Counted from the first letter of the stretch, positions 14,701-28,810 are shown. The stretch: DNA of 64,000 bases from Eledone cirrhosa (GCA_964016885.1 OZ024741.1:376588001-376652000), one strand, 5' to 3'. Made by a program: numbers and translations. The notes: a model not told the origin generated them from the letters alone.

Positions 14701-14851
14701 GAGACATGATATGAAGCTTAAAAAACATTTGCGAGCAGTGGAGTGTTAAATCAACACACACATGTATATATATAACGAAGGAAATGCGGTAACGAACCAG
14801 GTGGACCATAACGCACCAAAGTACTCAATACTTAGGGTAGTAGAGTGGGTA

Positions 14852-14935
14852 ATAGGAACAAGTAAGACCCCGACGGTTGAGCTCAAGCTGTTTCGTCGAA
14901 ACGGCTTGAGCTCAGCCATCGGGGTCTTACTTGTT

Positions 14936-14940
<5 letters not shown>
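14852..14940. repeat. near-perfect ~89-bp palindrome; partial copy at ~14486-14545
   Basis: ataggaacaagtaagaccccgacggttgagctcaagctgtttcg|t|cgaaacggcttgagctcagccatcggggtcttacttgttcctat. Confidence 0.9.
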
Positions 14941-14985
<45 letters not shown>

Positions 14986-15009
14986 GTAATCTGAGTTTTT
15001 CGAATATTA

Positions 15010-15075
15010 ATAATTGTTTCTACTTTTGGCACAAGGCCAGCAATTATCCAGTGTATTACTGGTACTTTATTTTTA
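15010..15075 (-). mobile_element. SINE 3' fragment
   Basis: taattgtttctacttttggcacaaggccagcaattatccagtgtattactggtactttatttt matches the SINE copies at 25118 and 27563. Confidence 0.8.
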
Positions 15076-15174
15076 CTAAGTCATAAATATCACTCCATTT
15101 TTAACAGACACGGGGTGGAACTAAGATAATCGTGTGCTAAGAATATGAAGGCCCACATCACCAACAACTCGAAG

Positions 15175-15600
15175 AGTAGGATGCTCTTGCCGAAGGCCTG
15201 AACCTTGTCCCCTTCAACAACAATATAATACACCGGCTGTAATTTACCAGGCTGTGATCATTCTAACTGACCAAATCAACAACAAGAAGTCAAATCCTAT
15301 ATAAGTATGGTGGAGGGCCGGTTTATAAACGCTTCTTGAATCAGCTGTCGACATTCAGTTACCCGGACAAAAGATCGTCCGCGAAAGTTGCGAGTCACAT
15401 GTGGTTCTTCAAGGACGCGGGCGTGGATTACACCATTGAATGGAAGGTTATTACCAAGTTAAAGCCTTAAGGAAATGGGCATCCGTCATGTGGGCTGTGC
15501 ATTGAGGAAAGAATCAATATCGTGAGGATTTGATGACGTAATAGCGTTTCACTAAATTCAAGGATTTTATATTTTAACATGCGAAGTCATATGTATTCTT
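15175..15600 (+). pseudogene. Penelope-like GIY-YIG endonuclease 3' fragment, degenerate
   Basis: GCSCRRPEPCPL, YISMVEGRF, HMWFFKDAGVDYTIEWKVITKLKP*GNGHPSCGLCIEERINI, collinear with the EN domain at 8260-8600. Confidence 0.75.
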
Positions 15601-17493
15601 CCAAATTAAAATGTTCGTCCATGAAGGAGTATATGTACAACAATGATAATTGCGAAGGTGAGATGTAGATATTCGTAATACCTTTATTTACAATCAACCG
15701 TGATACATATTTCAATGGAGTTCATGTTTGCGAGATACTTCGTTAACGCAATCAGCAATGCGTGAAATTTTGACAGCATTTGAGATTATAGGGTTACGTT
15801 GCTAATACAATACAAGCTAAGTATAAGGTAACGGACCAATTTAATGTTTTCAAATTGGCAAATATTAAACAGGCCCTCCGCTATTTAGTTTACCTGTTAA
15901 TATATTGCAGGTATTGGTCTGGTGATCGGGTTGTGAATCCTGCGGTATTTGCTTGTATCCCAAATAAATAAGGCTCTCATTATTTGATGCTTTATCAAGA
16001 CATTTATTGTATTATTGATGGTAAGATATTTGGATGGTTAACTGAAATCAAGTGAATTGTTTGAGGGTGATAATATAACTATATCCAATTCATTAAGTAC
16101 AATACAAACACATATATTAGAGAATTTCGCCACAAAACTTTGGTTGAGACTGTTCCATCATTACTACACAAGAAACAATGAAATGTAACAGTAATGGTAC
16201 CAGTAGAAACGTTTTAGATATATCACTATATATAAATGCTTTTCTGGCTCGGTTTCTACAGAGGAATGCCCTTCATAAGGACAACCAAATTTACAGCAAG
16301 GATTGAGTGATTTTTAACGTGTGACCAAAACAACCAGCTAGCATGTTGGATTGGATCTTTTCTGCCATGTCAATAACGCGGCCACATTACACTGGTGACT
16401 GGTTGATATTTGTTGTGTAAATGGTATGTAGGAATGCAATCTTTTGGATATATAACAAGGAAAATGGCGTAAAATCCTTTTTATTGATCCCGCGCAATAT
16501 ATCGAATTAAAATTTCGCATGTACACGCAATGAAATCTAGAGAGCGGTTGATGTAGGAAGCATTAGGGGAATTTGAAATTTGACGTTTGTGCGTCCCAAC
16601 GCAAGCGACTATATAATAGATGTTCCGTGTAAATAACGGTTGATAAAATCAGGGCTCTACCCATAACGGCAGAAATATTGGAAGAAGGCACCTGTGAAGT
16701 ATCGAACTATCCCCCTCGCAAATACCAGGTGATAAACATTTTCCTAAAAAGGCAATTCTGTCTTTCTAGCAGGCTGGGAGACCGCAAAATGATATCATTT
16801 TACATTAGTAAATATTGTGTGATTTATACATTCAGCACATATTATCTCCTTTTCGACAACATAACGAATTAGAATGATTGAAAATATGTTGTTGCTGAAA
16901 TGTTATTTTCTTTGTTTCTTATTTAAACGTCCTGTTATAAACCATAAATAACGTATTGCAGCGGTAAGGAGGAGATATTTTGAATGAGCTGGTATAACAT
17001 AAGTAATCTAAATTAGCAGTACTGCATAAAAGATGCTGAAAAAATTATTTTGCAGCATGCGAAAATTACACCATCTTATATATGTTATTTCTATATTGAA
17101 TAATGTATGTTTATGTTTGACTTCGTTAAGAAATAATTTACAAATTGATATTCTGAAAGTATTAAATGACTATTCATTTTACACAGATATTTTAGGTTTT
17201 TTCGGCTCCTGACATGTTGGCGCTGAGTCAATTTACATCAAGTTGTAAGATAATAACAGATCTTTTAGTAAGTTGTAGCAATTTTCTGCTTCTTACTCGA
17301 GTTTATTCAATAGAATTGCGGCAAAGTTGCTGCAATGAAAAATAGACGGCAGCCAGTAAAACTAATTCGTCTGTATCTCTAGACACGGCATGCTGACTAC
17401 ATTTCAGCGTAACTGTGATTCGCATTTTAATGGAGTATATATATATATATATATATATATATGAACATATGGTCCATATATATATACATATAC

Positions 17494-17546
<53 letters not shown>

Positions 17547-17609
17547 TAGACATTAATACATGCATACATACGCGCGCGCACGCGCACGCACACACCACAC
17601 ACTCACACA

Positions 17610-17668
<59 letters not shown>

Positions 17669-17673
<5 letters not shown>

Positions 17674-17712
17674 CGTAAGGTTGAGTATATGGTTCAAAAA
17701 CTGAATACCTAC

Positions 17713-17784
<72 letters not shown>

Positions 17785-17827
17785 GTAGGTATTCAGTTTT
17801 GGAACCATATACTCAACCTTACGCACA
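17669..17827. repeat. ~47-bp inverted repeat flanking a (TA)n spacer
   Basis: gtgtgcgtaaggttgagtatatggttcaaaaactgaatacctacat-(TA)n-atgtaggtattcagttttggaaccatatactcaaccttacgcacac. Confidence 0.92.
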
Positions 17828-17984
17828 CATATGCACACATAATTCATAATTATACATCCAAACATAGATCTCAATTAGTTGTATACAGAATAACTGAATC
17901 GTAGAGGCAACGTAGTGACAGGTTTGAACACATAGAAAGAGTGAGGGAGGAGGTGATAAAGATATATAGAGAAAGTATAGACCA

Positions 17985-18121
17985 CAGTACTAGGCTGGTA
18001 CGTTTTTATCAGACTCGGATGGATGAAAGGCAAAGTTAACCTCGGCAGGATTTGAACTTAGAGAGCAGAGAGCTGCCACGATTACGTAAAGCATTCTTTA
18101 GACTGTGCCTATTCGCCGCCT
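17985..18121 (-). mobile_element. tRNA-derived SINE, diverged
   Basis: ggatgaaaggcaaagttaacctcggcaggatttgaact is the reverse complement of the B-box plus central domain of the 3748 family. Confidence 0.8.
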
Positions 18122-18550
18122 ATAAATCTGTATACAAGGTGAGATATCTAAAATGATTTACTTTATGGGTTGAAGAGCGACTCTGAATTTCACAAATGCT
18201 CCCAGAGTAGCTGTGTAATGGCGAGTGTTTCGAGGGATTGTAATTCTGAGGAGTAAGAAATGGGCAAATCGCTTACGATAGCGGCCCGAAAATGTATAAT
18301 CGTGAAAAAGATTAGTTAGCTTGCTCTGAATTGAAGTGAGCATTGTACTGGAGGAGAATTCAGTTATTGATCTAAGTAAAATCCTACTTGTGAATTTAAA
18401 GTGTAAAGTGATAATTGAAATTTAACGTAAGGTAAACGGCAGGCTGAATCAGCGTAATATATTGTGTCAGAGCCTGAACTCTGAATAACAGCTACAATCC
18501 AGAAATTAAGACAAGAAAAAAGAAACGAGGAACGGAAAAAGAAAGAAAGA

Positions 18551-18708
<158 letters not shown>

Positions 18709-18929
18709 TGGTAGAGAAGAATTGATCCCAGTGTTAGATTGGTATTGGCTTTAGTAGCACTTGAAATACAGTATTTGAAATACACAGGGAACCAGAATGA
18801 ATACTGCAAAGCATAATATGATACTTGTGTTAATTAAGTTTTAATTTTGTTCCCTTAAATTAAGAGGCACATAAAGGGGAATATTTAAGGGGACGAGGCT
18901 GACGTCTTTGTGGGGAAATCATGGTGGGT

Positions 18930-19160
18930 CTTTGGATTGGGTGGAGGCACGTGTTGGACTTACGAGCATAACATTGTAGGTTCGATTCCTGAGTTGCGTG
19001 TTGTGTTTTTGAGCAAACCACTTCATTTCTAGTTGCTCGAGTATACTCACCTGAAAATGAGTACTCTGCGATGGACTGGTATCCAGTCTCGTACTTTCAG
19101 TCACTTAACGCCATGAAACCGGGATAATTACCGGTCAAATGAGCCTTCTGGTTTAAGACG
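18930..19160 (+). mobile_element. second tRNA-derived SINE family, diverged
   Basis: B-box GGTTCGATTCC at ~18980 followed by tgagcaaaccactt..ttgctc..aaatgagtac..tgcgatggactggtatcc..gaaaccggg, SINE conserved-domain-like sequence. Confidence 0.6.
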
Positions 19161-19715
19161 GACTTTAGACTTAGACTGTGGATTGGGTAATTTTGTGTGT
19201 AATTTTGAAGGCCTTTTAAGTGAGAACTATTATACTATGGTTTAGTTATGCTTGAGCTTTGCCGAAGAATACTCGCATCAGAACCTAGATTTCATAAGTT
19301 ATATAAGATAATTGTTTGTATTCCATGTTATGATGATTATTTTACACACGATTAATGGTCTCAGTCTGCAAGAGTTGATTACACTACAATGAATCAATTA
19401 TATAATAAGTTTCATTCATAATTCCGAAGTGGTGTGTACGCAAATTTCACGTTTTGAAAATCTATCGCAGAAAAATACAAGTTTTTAATGAGATCCGTTA
19501 ATTTACAAGTGAAACATTTTGTATTTACCCTCTTCATCGGTACAATCGCAGAGAGTTTGTTTATAACAGAAAAGTATTTTTGAATCAATATACATTTCAG
19601 TTAAAAGCATCCAATTCTAACTTAATACTGTGTGTAGTTAGGGGAATCAGAGAAGATTAATCGAAAGGGGAAAATTCAAATAAAAACTTCCTCCCCTGCA
19701 CCGAAGATGAAAATT

Positions 19716-20612
19716 AGAAATTGGACTAAATTAAACGTAAGTTGAGAATTAAATATTGTACAATATATCAAAGGTATATATTGAGGTAGAAACTCAAAAT
19801 AGTCTCTTACAATAAAATAGCTCTAGGAAAGAGATTTTTCCGAGCCGTATATTATAATTGAATATAAAAGAAAAAAAACACACAGATATATATGTGTTCA
19901 AATCGCAAGGGACCAGATTCGCTAAGGTGAAAAGAATACTAACTATAGACATTAGGGGTTGCCAGACTCAATTTAAGAATAAATCAAGAAAATAAATACA
20001 AACCGGAATTGTGGTAACTACCAATCACACAGACAGCTATAGCTATGCTGTTTCGCAAAATAAATTGTGAAGAGGAATACCAATTCTTGCTCATCAGTGG
20101 CTGAAGAATTAGTATCCTGGTCACTTCTAAGTCTTTTAAAAAACTGAATAGTGTGCGTATATATAGTAACGGTCATGGTCTCTTGCGATTTGAACACATA
20201 TATGTATATGTCTGTGTTTGTTTTTCTTAGATATTCAATTATAATATACGGCTCGGAAAAATCTCTTTCCTAGAGCTATTTTATTGTAAGAGACTATTTT
20301 GAGTTTCTAACTCAATATATACCTTTGATATATTTGGCTCCGTTAATTTGTTGAGCTAATTCAAATGTCGAGTAAACCTGGCTGCTATTTTTAGTGGTAT
20401 GGGTTTGTGAGACACTCTAAGTTCAGATACCATGTGATTGGTACTTACCACAATTCCGGTTTGTATTTATTTTCTTGATATATTCTTAAATTGAGTCTGG
20501 CAAACCCTATTGTCTATAGTTAGTATTCTTTTCACCTTAACGAATCTGGTCCCTTGCGATTTGAACACATATATGTATATATATGTGTTTGTTTTTCTTT
20601 TATATTATACAA
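19716..20612. mobile_element. Penelope-type non-autonomous insertion with complex inverted duplications
   Basis: ~19762-19915 is inverted at ~20180-20335 and ~19860-20030 is inverted at ~20432-20612; HHR motif at 20025-20104. Confidence 0.75.
20025..20104 (-). ncRNA. type I hammerhead motif, degenerate stem I
   Basis: Reverse complement: tcagcca-CTGATGA-gcaagaat...attttgc-GAAAC-agc-atagctata-gct-GTC-tgtgtga. Confidence 0.65.
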
Positions 20613-21898
20613 TATATATGAATTTCAATTTCCTATTTTAAATTGTACAATAAAGTACTATTGAAAAGTGACATGAATGCTCAAAACTTTATACACGATT
20701 CTCAATTTAATGGTGATACACACACCTGATATTTGAAAGTGAGTAATTTTGACCTAGATATATTTCGCATAATATAAAAGTAAGATAATCATATATAAGA
20801 GAAAATATAAGGTATTGTTGACATTCGAATTAGTGCTGAAAGAAATTATGCAATGAAGCAAAGAGTTGCTAATTACAATTTACGGTTAGTCCAATCAGCC
20901 TAAATAACTAGTGACATAAAACTGGCAGCAAATAAACCGATTAAGTAAATATCCCTCTTCAGCATAGCTTTTCTCCAGCGCACATGAGATTGCACACAAA
21001 CCAACACTACATTATCCAAAGTTTCCTTTTTAAGAGAGTATACTGTGTAAAATATGGTTGCTATTTCTCGAAAGACGATAGGCCACATGTTTCAAGGAGT
21101 ATATTTCTGCGTCAAACTGAAATCAATATAGAATAAAACATTTTCTGTTTTGCAGATCCCACACAGTTTGTTGCTCATTATGTTCGCGATGAAACAGAAT
21201 TATAGCCTTTAGACCACTATATGTGAATTCTCTTACTAAGTGTCTTATCTTCCTTGCAATTAGTATTTTCCAAACATGTTCAGACGCAAATGCCGCCCCC
21301 CATTTACTACACTAGTAATCCATTCGTCTCGATTCAATGAGATGCCTTATCAACTACCCCATATTGACTAAGTAGTGATGATTTTAAATATATTACCCCC
21401 CCCCCCCCCCGCCATCCCCCCAAAACAAAAAAACAAACAAATAGAACTTACAGAAATGTAGTCGTATTTATCAATTGGACCAATGTGATATGCACCTTTC
21501 CACCAAACTTGATATCTCTCATGAGACTGTGGAAGGTGTTCTATAATCTAACAACAGACCCACACTGCACTCACAACTAATAACTAATTCTATTATACGT
21601 AATACTGATTCGCATTTGAAGTGTATATCAGTACTATCCATCAATATATTTTAGTATTTCTTTCACAAGTATCGATATCTAGCATAAGCTGAAGGATACC
21701 CATATTGGAAAGAGCACAGCGGTTATTTAATCTGTTCCTATTGACTGATGCATTATTTCTCATCACTGGGTTGATGGTATTTATGTTCGCCATTTAAATC
21801 TCTTTCTGTAAACATTATAAACTATTTTGCCCTACACTATGGCTAAATATTCAATCCATCAATTGCTATTTACTCTGATGCTGCTGCATATATATATG

Positions 21899-21976
<78 letters not shown>

Positions 21977-24429
21977 AACTCACCTATTATATATTCACCC
22001 CGTACTTTCAGTCTCAGTACATTTCAAGGTTTCGACACTATTCAAAAGAGAACACAATTAATTTCTGTTTAGATTTTAGCCCTTAGAATTAATATCTCCT
22101 CTATTAGTTCAATTGCTAATTTCCAAATGTTAACAGTAACGGCATTAATAACACGCATTTATCTCTTCTTCTCACTAAATGCACGGTTCCTCATTTTGTT
22201 ATTCAGCCTCTGAGTGAAAAATGATGAAAAGAAAAAATATGGTCAAATGTTTTATGATCTTTATTCAACATTCTCACATTAATATTTCAGAGAACGTTAA
22301 TTCTGTTTTCCATCCAAGCGTAATGAAGAAGTAATCGGCTATTTTGAGATACGTGGAACTAAAGGATATGTTCTTGTGAGATACTCAATCATGTATTTGG
22401 CTAAACAAACGCATAAAATGGAAATTATCATCAAAGATTGTAAATCCAGTATTCAAGAATTATGCCACAAATAACATGAAAACAATGTCGTTTTGTCTGT
22501 AAATGGAACAAGATGAAATATTCTTGGTAACAAAAAAGACTATTTCACACAAGACATATCACCAAAATTAAATGTGCAATTAACAGTGATAGAGTGGGGA
22601 AGTTGCCTGTGAGTTAATTAAACTGCAGTTCAATTTAACGAAGCATTTCGAAAATACGTGAAGGGGGATCTTGTTAATTGGGTCTATTATTGATTGAAGA
22701 GGTTTGATTAAAACGCATCTCAATAATTTAACACGACATTTATTATCGATTTCTATGGTCAACAATGGTTTTCTAATTCAATTAATTAAACAAAAGGAAA
22801 TTACATGAATCTGTTTTCTAAAGAACAGATAATCAGCATTATGTGAGTGATTAAACAACATGATATGGAGAAGTACGTATTTCCGAATATTCTGCTAATT
22901 TTCATCAGTTTATAATGAAAAGCAAACATTGAGATATATTAACACAATTGTGTTAACGATTAGAGACAAAGTGTAATACATCATAATAGTGAAGATCAAA
23001 TCACAATTAGTAAAGACCAAGTTGAAATTGGGATGGAATAAATAATATGTAGCTAGCTATGTACCACATTTTTGAAAATGAATAATTCTAAGTGAAGAAC
23101 GAATCACATACTCTTGTTTATTAATCATGAGAATGATGCGTGACATCTAATAAAATTAAGCACACCTACTCCTCAATATATCATATACATGAGAGGTGTT
23201 CTAAGTGTAGCTTTGAAATAACCACGTACATAATGAAATAAAGCGCAAAACGTGTAACTACTTTAAAATTACAGTTAGTGAAGAATAGATTAGTGGAAAT
23301 AACTGAAATTCAATTTCTAGTACTCAAAGCTTCGGTTTTCCATATGTCTAGTGCTGCAAGCTAAAAGAATCATTGTTTAAATCACGATGTGTTGGCAAAA
23401 ACCGGTAACCAGTCGAATGTTAGCAATAATTAGAAGAGGCTAATTTATATGTAGTGATACATGAACAACATTGGTAGGCAGAGAACACATTAAAAGAAAC
23501 TAACGAATTATTAGTAAACGACATCTTAAAAATATGGTAAATAGCAGATACCTATTAAATCTCTCCGGGTAATGATTAGTTAATGCGTGGTAAACTCGGG
23601 CCTAAATGGGATTCAATAACAAAATTAAAAAGTCGTATCCTTTATTATTCATTTAGAAATTAATGTGTTAATATAAATACTAATTTAAATAAAAAATATC
23701 ATATTTGACTAAAACATGAAACTCCATTAATGAATAATTTTTAGTGAGGGAAAATCGGATTATGACGCCTCAACTTACTCCATCGATCATATTTCTATTG
23801 CGGCAGCATTACATTAGAAATTTATTTGATCCAAATAGGTATATTGACTACAACTGGCGTCGACATCTCCTGGGAGGCATGGAATGGAGGGACACGCAAA
23901 GAATTTGCGTATCTTGAGATGCTACAGAGAGCCCAGAAGGGTATTAAGAATTGGCAACTGAACCGTTACAACGTTTACCACTAAGGTGTGAAGTAGACCC
24001 CATGTTATGGGCTGGGGTTTCCTAACAAAACTTCCGTGTGTCTGATACCGTAGATTTTAGCGGGGTACCAGAACGGAATACACAGGCGCAAGTAGGGATA
24101 CTCACTGGCTGTCAGAGCGTATTATGGAATGGATAAAATTGGGAGGGAGGATTTGCATTTTGAAGAGGCCGAAGGAAAGGACGCTGTAGATGCTTCAAAT
24201 TATGTACCAAACAGAGAGCCTGTATGTGGATACTATTGCATCCACTTTCAGATAATTCCTTGAACTAACTCACGACATTGGAAAAAAGGTGGAGTCAATT
24301 CAGCTATGTTTGGAAACAATTCTTCCTTCTGGCACTTGCGGTACAAGTAGGAATGACATGTCACAGCAGAGACACGTCACTCCTAGTTGGGAGGAGTTGG
24401 AGGTTAAGCTAAAAACTGACTTTAGATCT

Positions 24430-26300
24430 GTATTCTGGCAGACCATCCAGAGACCTCATAATAAGAAGTCCCCCAGCTACGCCTGCTGCCAGGAACTCTT
24501 CTGGGATTCTTCTCTCTGAAAAGCAGTGCATCTTTGCGAGTTAGGGAGACATTCTAAACAAATGCCCATAGTATCAGAGCTGTGATCGCTCGATTCGGAG
24601 AAGTAGCGGCTCTACCTTCAGTAAATCTCTGATCTCCAAGCTACGTACTCTATCGAGTAACGTTACTCCAAAGACGATCCAGAGGAACCACATTTCGGTC
24701 GCCTTTATTCACAGTCGTATTCCTTCGGTCATTACCCAAGATTCATGATCATAGGTAAGGGTTGGCAGGTATACCAAATTGATGATAGCGAGCTTGGCTT
24801 TTACGCATGTCTCCATTTTTCTGATTACTGAATGCTGAAGCTGGCACTTTACTGAAGCAGCTCCTGCAGTTCTTGCACTTAATTCAGCTTCCTACCTTCC
24901 ATCACATATAGGGCACATTGTGCAGGCTTCCTTGAGGGAACGAGTGTTTCAATGTTCGCAGCACTGATTTATATTCCAGCTATGCAGCACTCAGCATCAA
25001 ACCTATCGAGTGCATGTAGGAGATCTCCTTCTGTCTACAAATTCCATCTGACTGAGTACACCCGCCACTCATGATTCCACTTCCAACTCAACTGCGCATG
25101 TCAGTACTGTTCATGTAAATAATTGTTTCTACTTTTGGCACAAGGCCAGCTATTAGCCCAGTGTATTATTGGTACTTTATTTTATCAATCCCGTAAGAAT
25201 AAAAGGCAAAGTTAACCTCGGCGGAATTCTAACTGGGAATGGCAAGGGCCGTAACTCAATGCGTCAAAGCAAGGCGTCCGACCATCTACCGATACTGCCA
25301 ATCCACTGTCTTGTTCATGTAAATAATTGTTTCTACTTTTGGCACAAGGCCAGCAATTATCCCAGTGCATTACTGGTACTTTATGTTATCGACCCCGTAA
25401 GGATGAAAGGCAAAATTAACCTCGGCGGGATTTAATGAACAAGAGACTGTACGCACCCTGGCGGAGTCCGCCTCCCAAATTGAATGGTTTCAATGAAGCA
25501 TCATCTATCCGAAGAAAAAAACTTGGGCATTCATATAGAAACATCAGGGCAGCAAAGAGCTGACCATCGATCCCATACTTCTGCCGAACCTTCCGCAGCA
25601 GGTACCGGGTAACGGGGTCATGTGCCTTTTCATAGGTCATCAAAGCAAGAATATACATCTTGGCAATACTCCCACGATTCCTCAAAGACCTGCCACCGTG
25701 TGAATATTTAGTCACCTGTGATACGTCGGGGGATAAAACTGCACTCTTCATCAGCTAGCTTGGAAAAGACAGTCTCCCTGTATCTCCTTGCCAGACACTT
25801 AGCATAGATGTTACCGTGGTGACTTAAGAAAGGATTGTTCCTCTATAATTGGAACAATCTTACCAGACTTCCTTTTTAAAATTGGGATTATCATTCTCGA
25901 TTGCCATTGGTTCGGTGATTTTCAGAGATCAAGGCCACACCGCACACACGTGTCAGCCAAAGAATACCTTCGCTATTTAATGAATTTAACATTTACGGCC
26001 GGATTTCATCTTCCCCAGTGACCTTGGCACCTTTGAGCTAGTTAACTGCTCTTGTGACATCAGCCTCTGAGAGATTAGTCACCGTTCACAGACGCATATT
26101 GTGTACATCAGGCGATGCTGTTGTGATATGGTTTAGAAGTTCAGCAAATAATTCTCTGCACCTCTCAATGATACACCTCGTCGAAGAGCGGATAACCCCA
26201 GACGGATATTTTATAGAAGGCGTTGTGGAGGACTTCGTATTACAAAGTCAGCAGATGATCTGCCAATAAGAAATTGCAGACCAACAGCAGTAAACTGCTA
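24430..26300 (-). mobile_element. RTE-clade LINE remnant (RT region), interrupted at ~25030-25435 by SINEs
   Basis: YEKAHDPVTRYLLRKVRQKYGIDGQL..GGLRQGAYSLLFI (25440-25650) and LPTLTYDHESWVMTE..IKATEMWFL..DRVRSLEIRDLLKVEPLLLRIERSQL*YYGHLFRM (24545-24775). Confidence 0.8.
25118..25434 (-). mobile_element. two tandem SINE copies (25118-25308 near full; 25321-25434 truncated)
   Basis: Duplicated tgttcatgtaaataattgtttctacttttggcacaaggccagc..aaaggcaaa(g/a)ttaacctcggcgg. Confidence 0.85.
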
Positions 26301-26884
26301 GTGGAGTTATAGCAATGGGTGACACCTGTAGCTCACAAGAATCCACTCACGAACTAGTGATATAGCTAAGTCGAGGCAAGTAAAGGCCGCCTCTAAAAAG
26401 TCCTTGTCGTTGCGGGTTTGACAAAGTACCAGATTTTTGAGTTGCACGAATAAGACCACTGAAACTGATACTGCAATATGATGAGGAAAAAAAAGAGCAA
26501 AACAGAAAGAAACAAACAAACAAACAAAAATATTCTGCACCACCCTTCGCGTGGGGCGAGTTAACGAGGGACGCGTTCAGTCATTAGTTAGAGGAGCATG
26601 TTCGAAAAATATATTGCAGTCTCCATTTCATGCCGCAAAATATGACAATGGCCCAGCGATCTGTACTGGGAGGCTTGGGATGGATGCATAAAGATTGCGT
26701 ATTCCAAGACCCCAAAGAGGGTAAGGAAAAGAGCAAACCTTGATATTTAGAAACCGGAACATCAAGATATAAATACATGAATAAATAAAATATAGTGTTT
26801 CTGTCGAGTCCCGCTCGGATTTAATGATAATCAGTGTTGCGAAGACCGGGACACTCATCCTCTCAAGAAAGCTTGCGTCGTGCT

Positions 26885-27500
26885 CGGTGATGTGACTGAA
26901 GTAGGTGGCAAGTTCAAGTATCTCGGGGCTGTTTGCACGAGTGATGTGAAGTAGGAAACTTAATTAAATGTAAGAATTGTTGGAGCTGGTGGATTAATGT
27001 GCAAATGTAAACACTCGTTCAGCTGAAGAAGAAAAGGAGGTGTAAAACGCAAACCTGTCTTGAATTCGATGTTAGTGCCTACCATTAACTATGGTCATGA
27101 ATTTTATTTAATGATCAAAAGAATACGAACTTGAATAAAAGCCACCGAAATGGTGTTCTTATGAAGGGTGTTTAAAGTAACGTTTCTGGACACGGTGCGT
27201 AGCATGAAGATCAGGGCGTTGCTTCAGGCAGGGCCACTACGGCTCTGAATTGAGAGGTCATAGTTCAGTATTATAGGCTTGTGTTTAGAATGTCTAAACA
27301 TAGAATCGTTGTAAAGATTTTAAGGACAACATTAAATTGTCTGAAACCTAGAGGTAGACCACGGGGAATGTAGATGGATAACATCATCAGCTCGCTGTTC
27401 TTGCCTTCGGACGCAACTGAATCAATTGGAAACTGTTGCCCATTACGTGACCCTCTGGGAGACATCTGATTACTCTGCCCCCAAGGCCCTCACAGGAACA
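26885..27500 (+). mobile_element. RTE-clade LINE 3' remnant, opposite orientation to 24430-26300
   Basis: KFKYLG, PTINYGHE, IKATEMVFL, DTVRSMKIR..IERS, KPRGRPRG motifs; similar to the 24545-24775 segment. Confidence 0.75.
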
Positions 27501-27562
27501 CCTGATCGAACAATAAATAGATAACAATAGTGCAAAACAAATCAAACATAGTATGATAGTAA

Positions 27563-27756
27563 AATAATTGTTTCTACTTTTGGCACAAGGCCAGCGATTA
27601 TCACAATGCATTACTGGGACTTTATTTTATCGACCCCGTCAGGATGAAAGGCAAAGTTAACTTCGGTGGGATTTGAAATCAGACCGTAAAGAGACGTAAC
27701 TCTATGCTCGAAATCATGGCGCCCGACCCTCTACCGATACTGCCAATCCACCATCC
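27563..27756 (-). mobile_element. tRNA-derived SINE, near full length
   Basis: ttttatcgaccccgtcaggatgaaaggcaaagttaacttcggtgggatttgaa..ctctaccgatactgccaatccacc is the reverse complement of the 3748 family. Confidence 0.85.
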
Positions 27757-28379
27757 TAGTAAAATAATAAAACTAAATTGCAAAAGCTCACTCAGTCCTT
27801 CATTAAAATACATATATGTAGTGTATAAATTACAGCTACCACGCCACCGCTAAATCAAGCTAAATCTGAATCCAATCCTTCAATGAAAGAAGCACCAGAT
27901 ACGGATTGGACGGCAGACAGGACATTTCATTATTAATTAAATTAGAATCACAGTATGATCGATAACATTGCGATTTAATATGTATAATGTTTAAAATAGA
28001 AAAGCAAATATCCATTCCTACAAAATCGCATTGAACGGAGAAATAATGGATATTCCTGCTTACTAATTTATACCAGTATAAAATATATTTTATCATTTTT
28101 ATTTTTATGTTTATCTAGCCTTGATAAAATTAGAAATATATTTCATGATGAAGAGGAAAAAACTATATTATTAATTCAGAATCTTTAACAAAATTGCTTT
28201 CCTATTCCTAATTAAATAGGCTTTTGCGTGAGAATATTTGAGATCAGCAAACACACACACACACACACATATAGACACACACACATACACATACACATAC
28301 ACATACAGACAGACACTCACACACCTTGTCAATCACGCTTTCGGATCTCAATCCGCGTCCACCGAACCATTCAATCCAA

Positions 28380-28810
28380 GGATGTTTCTGTCTTTTTCAA
28401 AGACTTGGACAGAATAATGGAACACAGGAGCCAGCATGTTGCTAATCTCATTTAATGCAGATTTTAATAACTTGCCTCAATTAGATATAGTTAATGAGAT
28501 CTCATATCATACTACACTGGCAGAGGTACAACAGATTATGGAAGAAATTAATAGTGGGAAGGCACCGGCTATTGAATGTATAGCTGTCAAGGTCTTGCTT
28601 CATAGTGATGAAAAGATTGCTGCGGAGATTTGTCATTTGATATCTGTTATTTGGTCGGTTACTCTTGTTCGTCAAAACTGGATTGATGCGATCCTTGTTT
28701 CCTTGTTCAATGGAAGGTGCTCAAACTTGGTTTGAAGAAACTATAGGGGAACAAGCCTGCTTATAGCCGTGGGCAAATATTTTGTAGAACTTCTCTTTAA
28801 CACTATTATG
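28380..28810 (+). mobile_element. RTE/BovB-like LINE internal fragment
   Basis: TLAEVQQIMEEINSGKAPAIECIAVKVL..IWSVTLVRQNWIDAILVSLFNG..NYRGTSLLIAVGK, collinear with ORF 33507-34385. Confidence 0.8.

Noticed and set aside
21135-21200. Splice acceptor-like ttttctgttttgcag as a host exon start
   Set aside because: No convincing downstream ORF or donor; such motifs are common in AT-rich DNA
23850-24300. GC-richer segment possibly an RTE endonuclease remnant (NYVPN-like motif)
   Set aside because: Too degenerate to assign without a profile search
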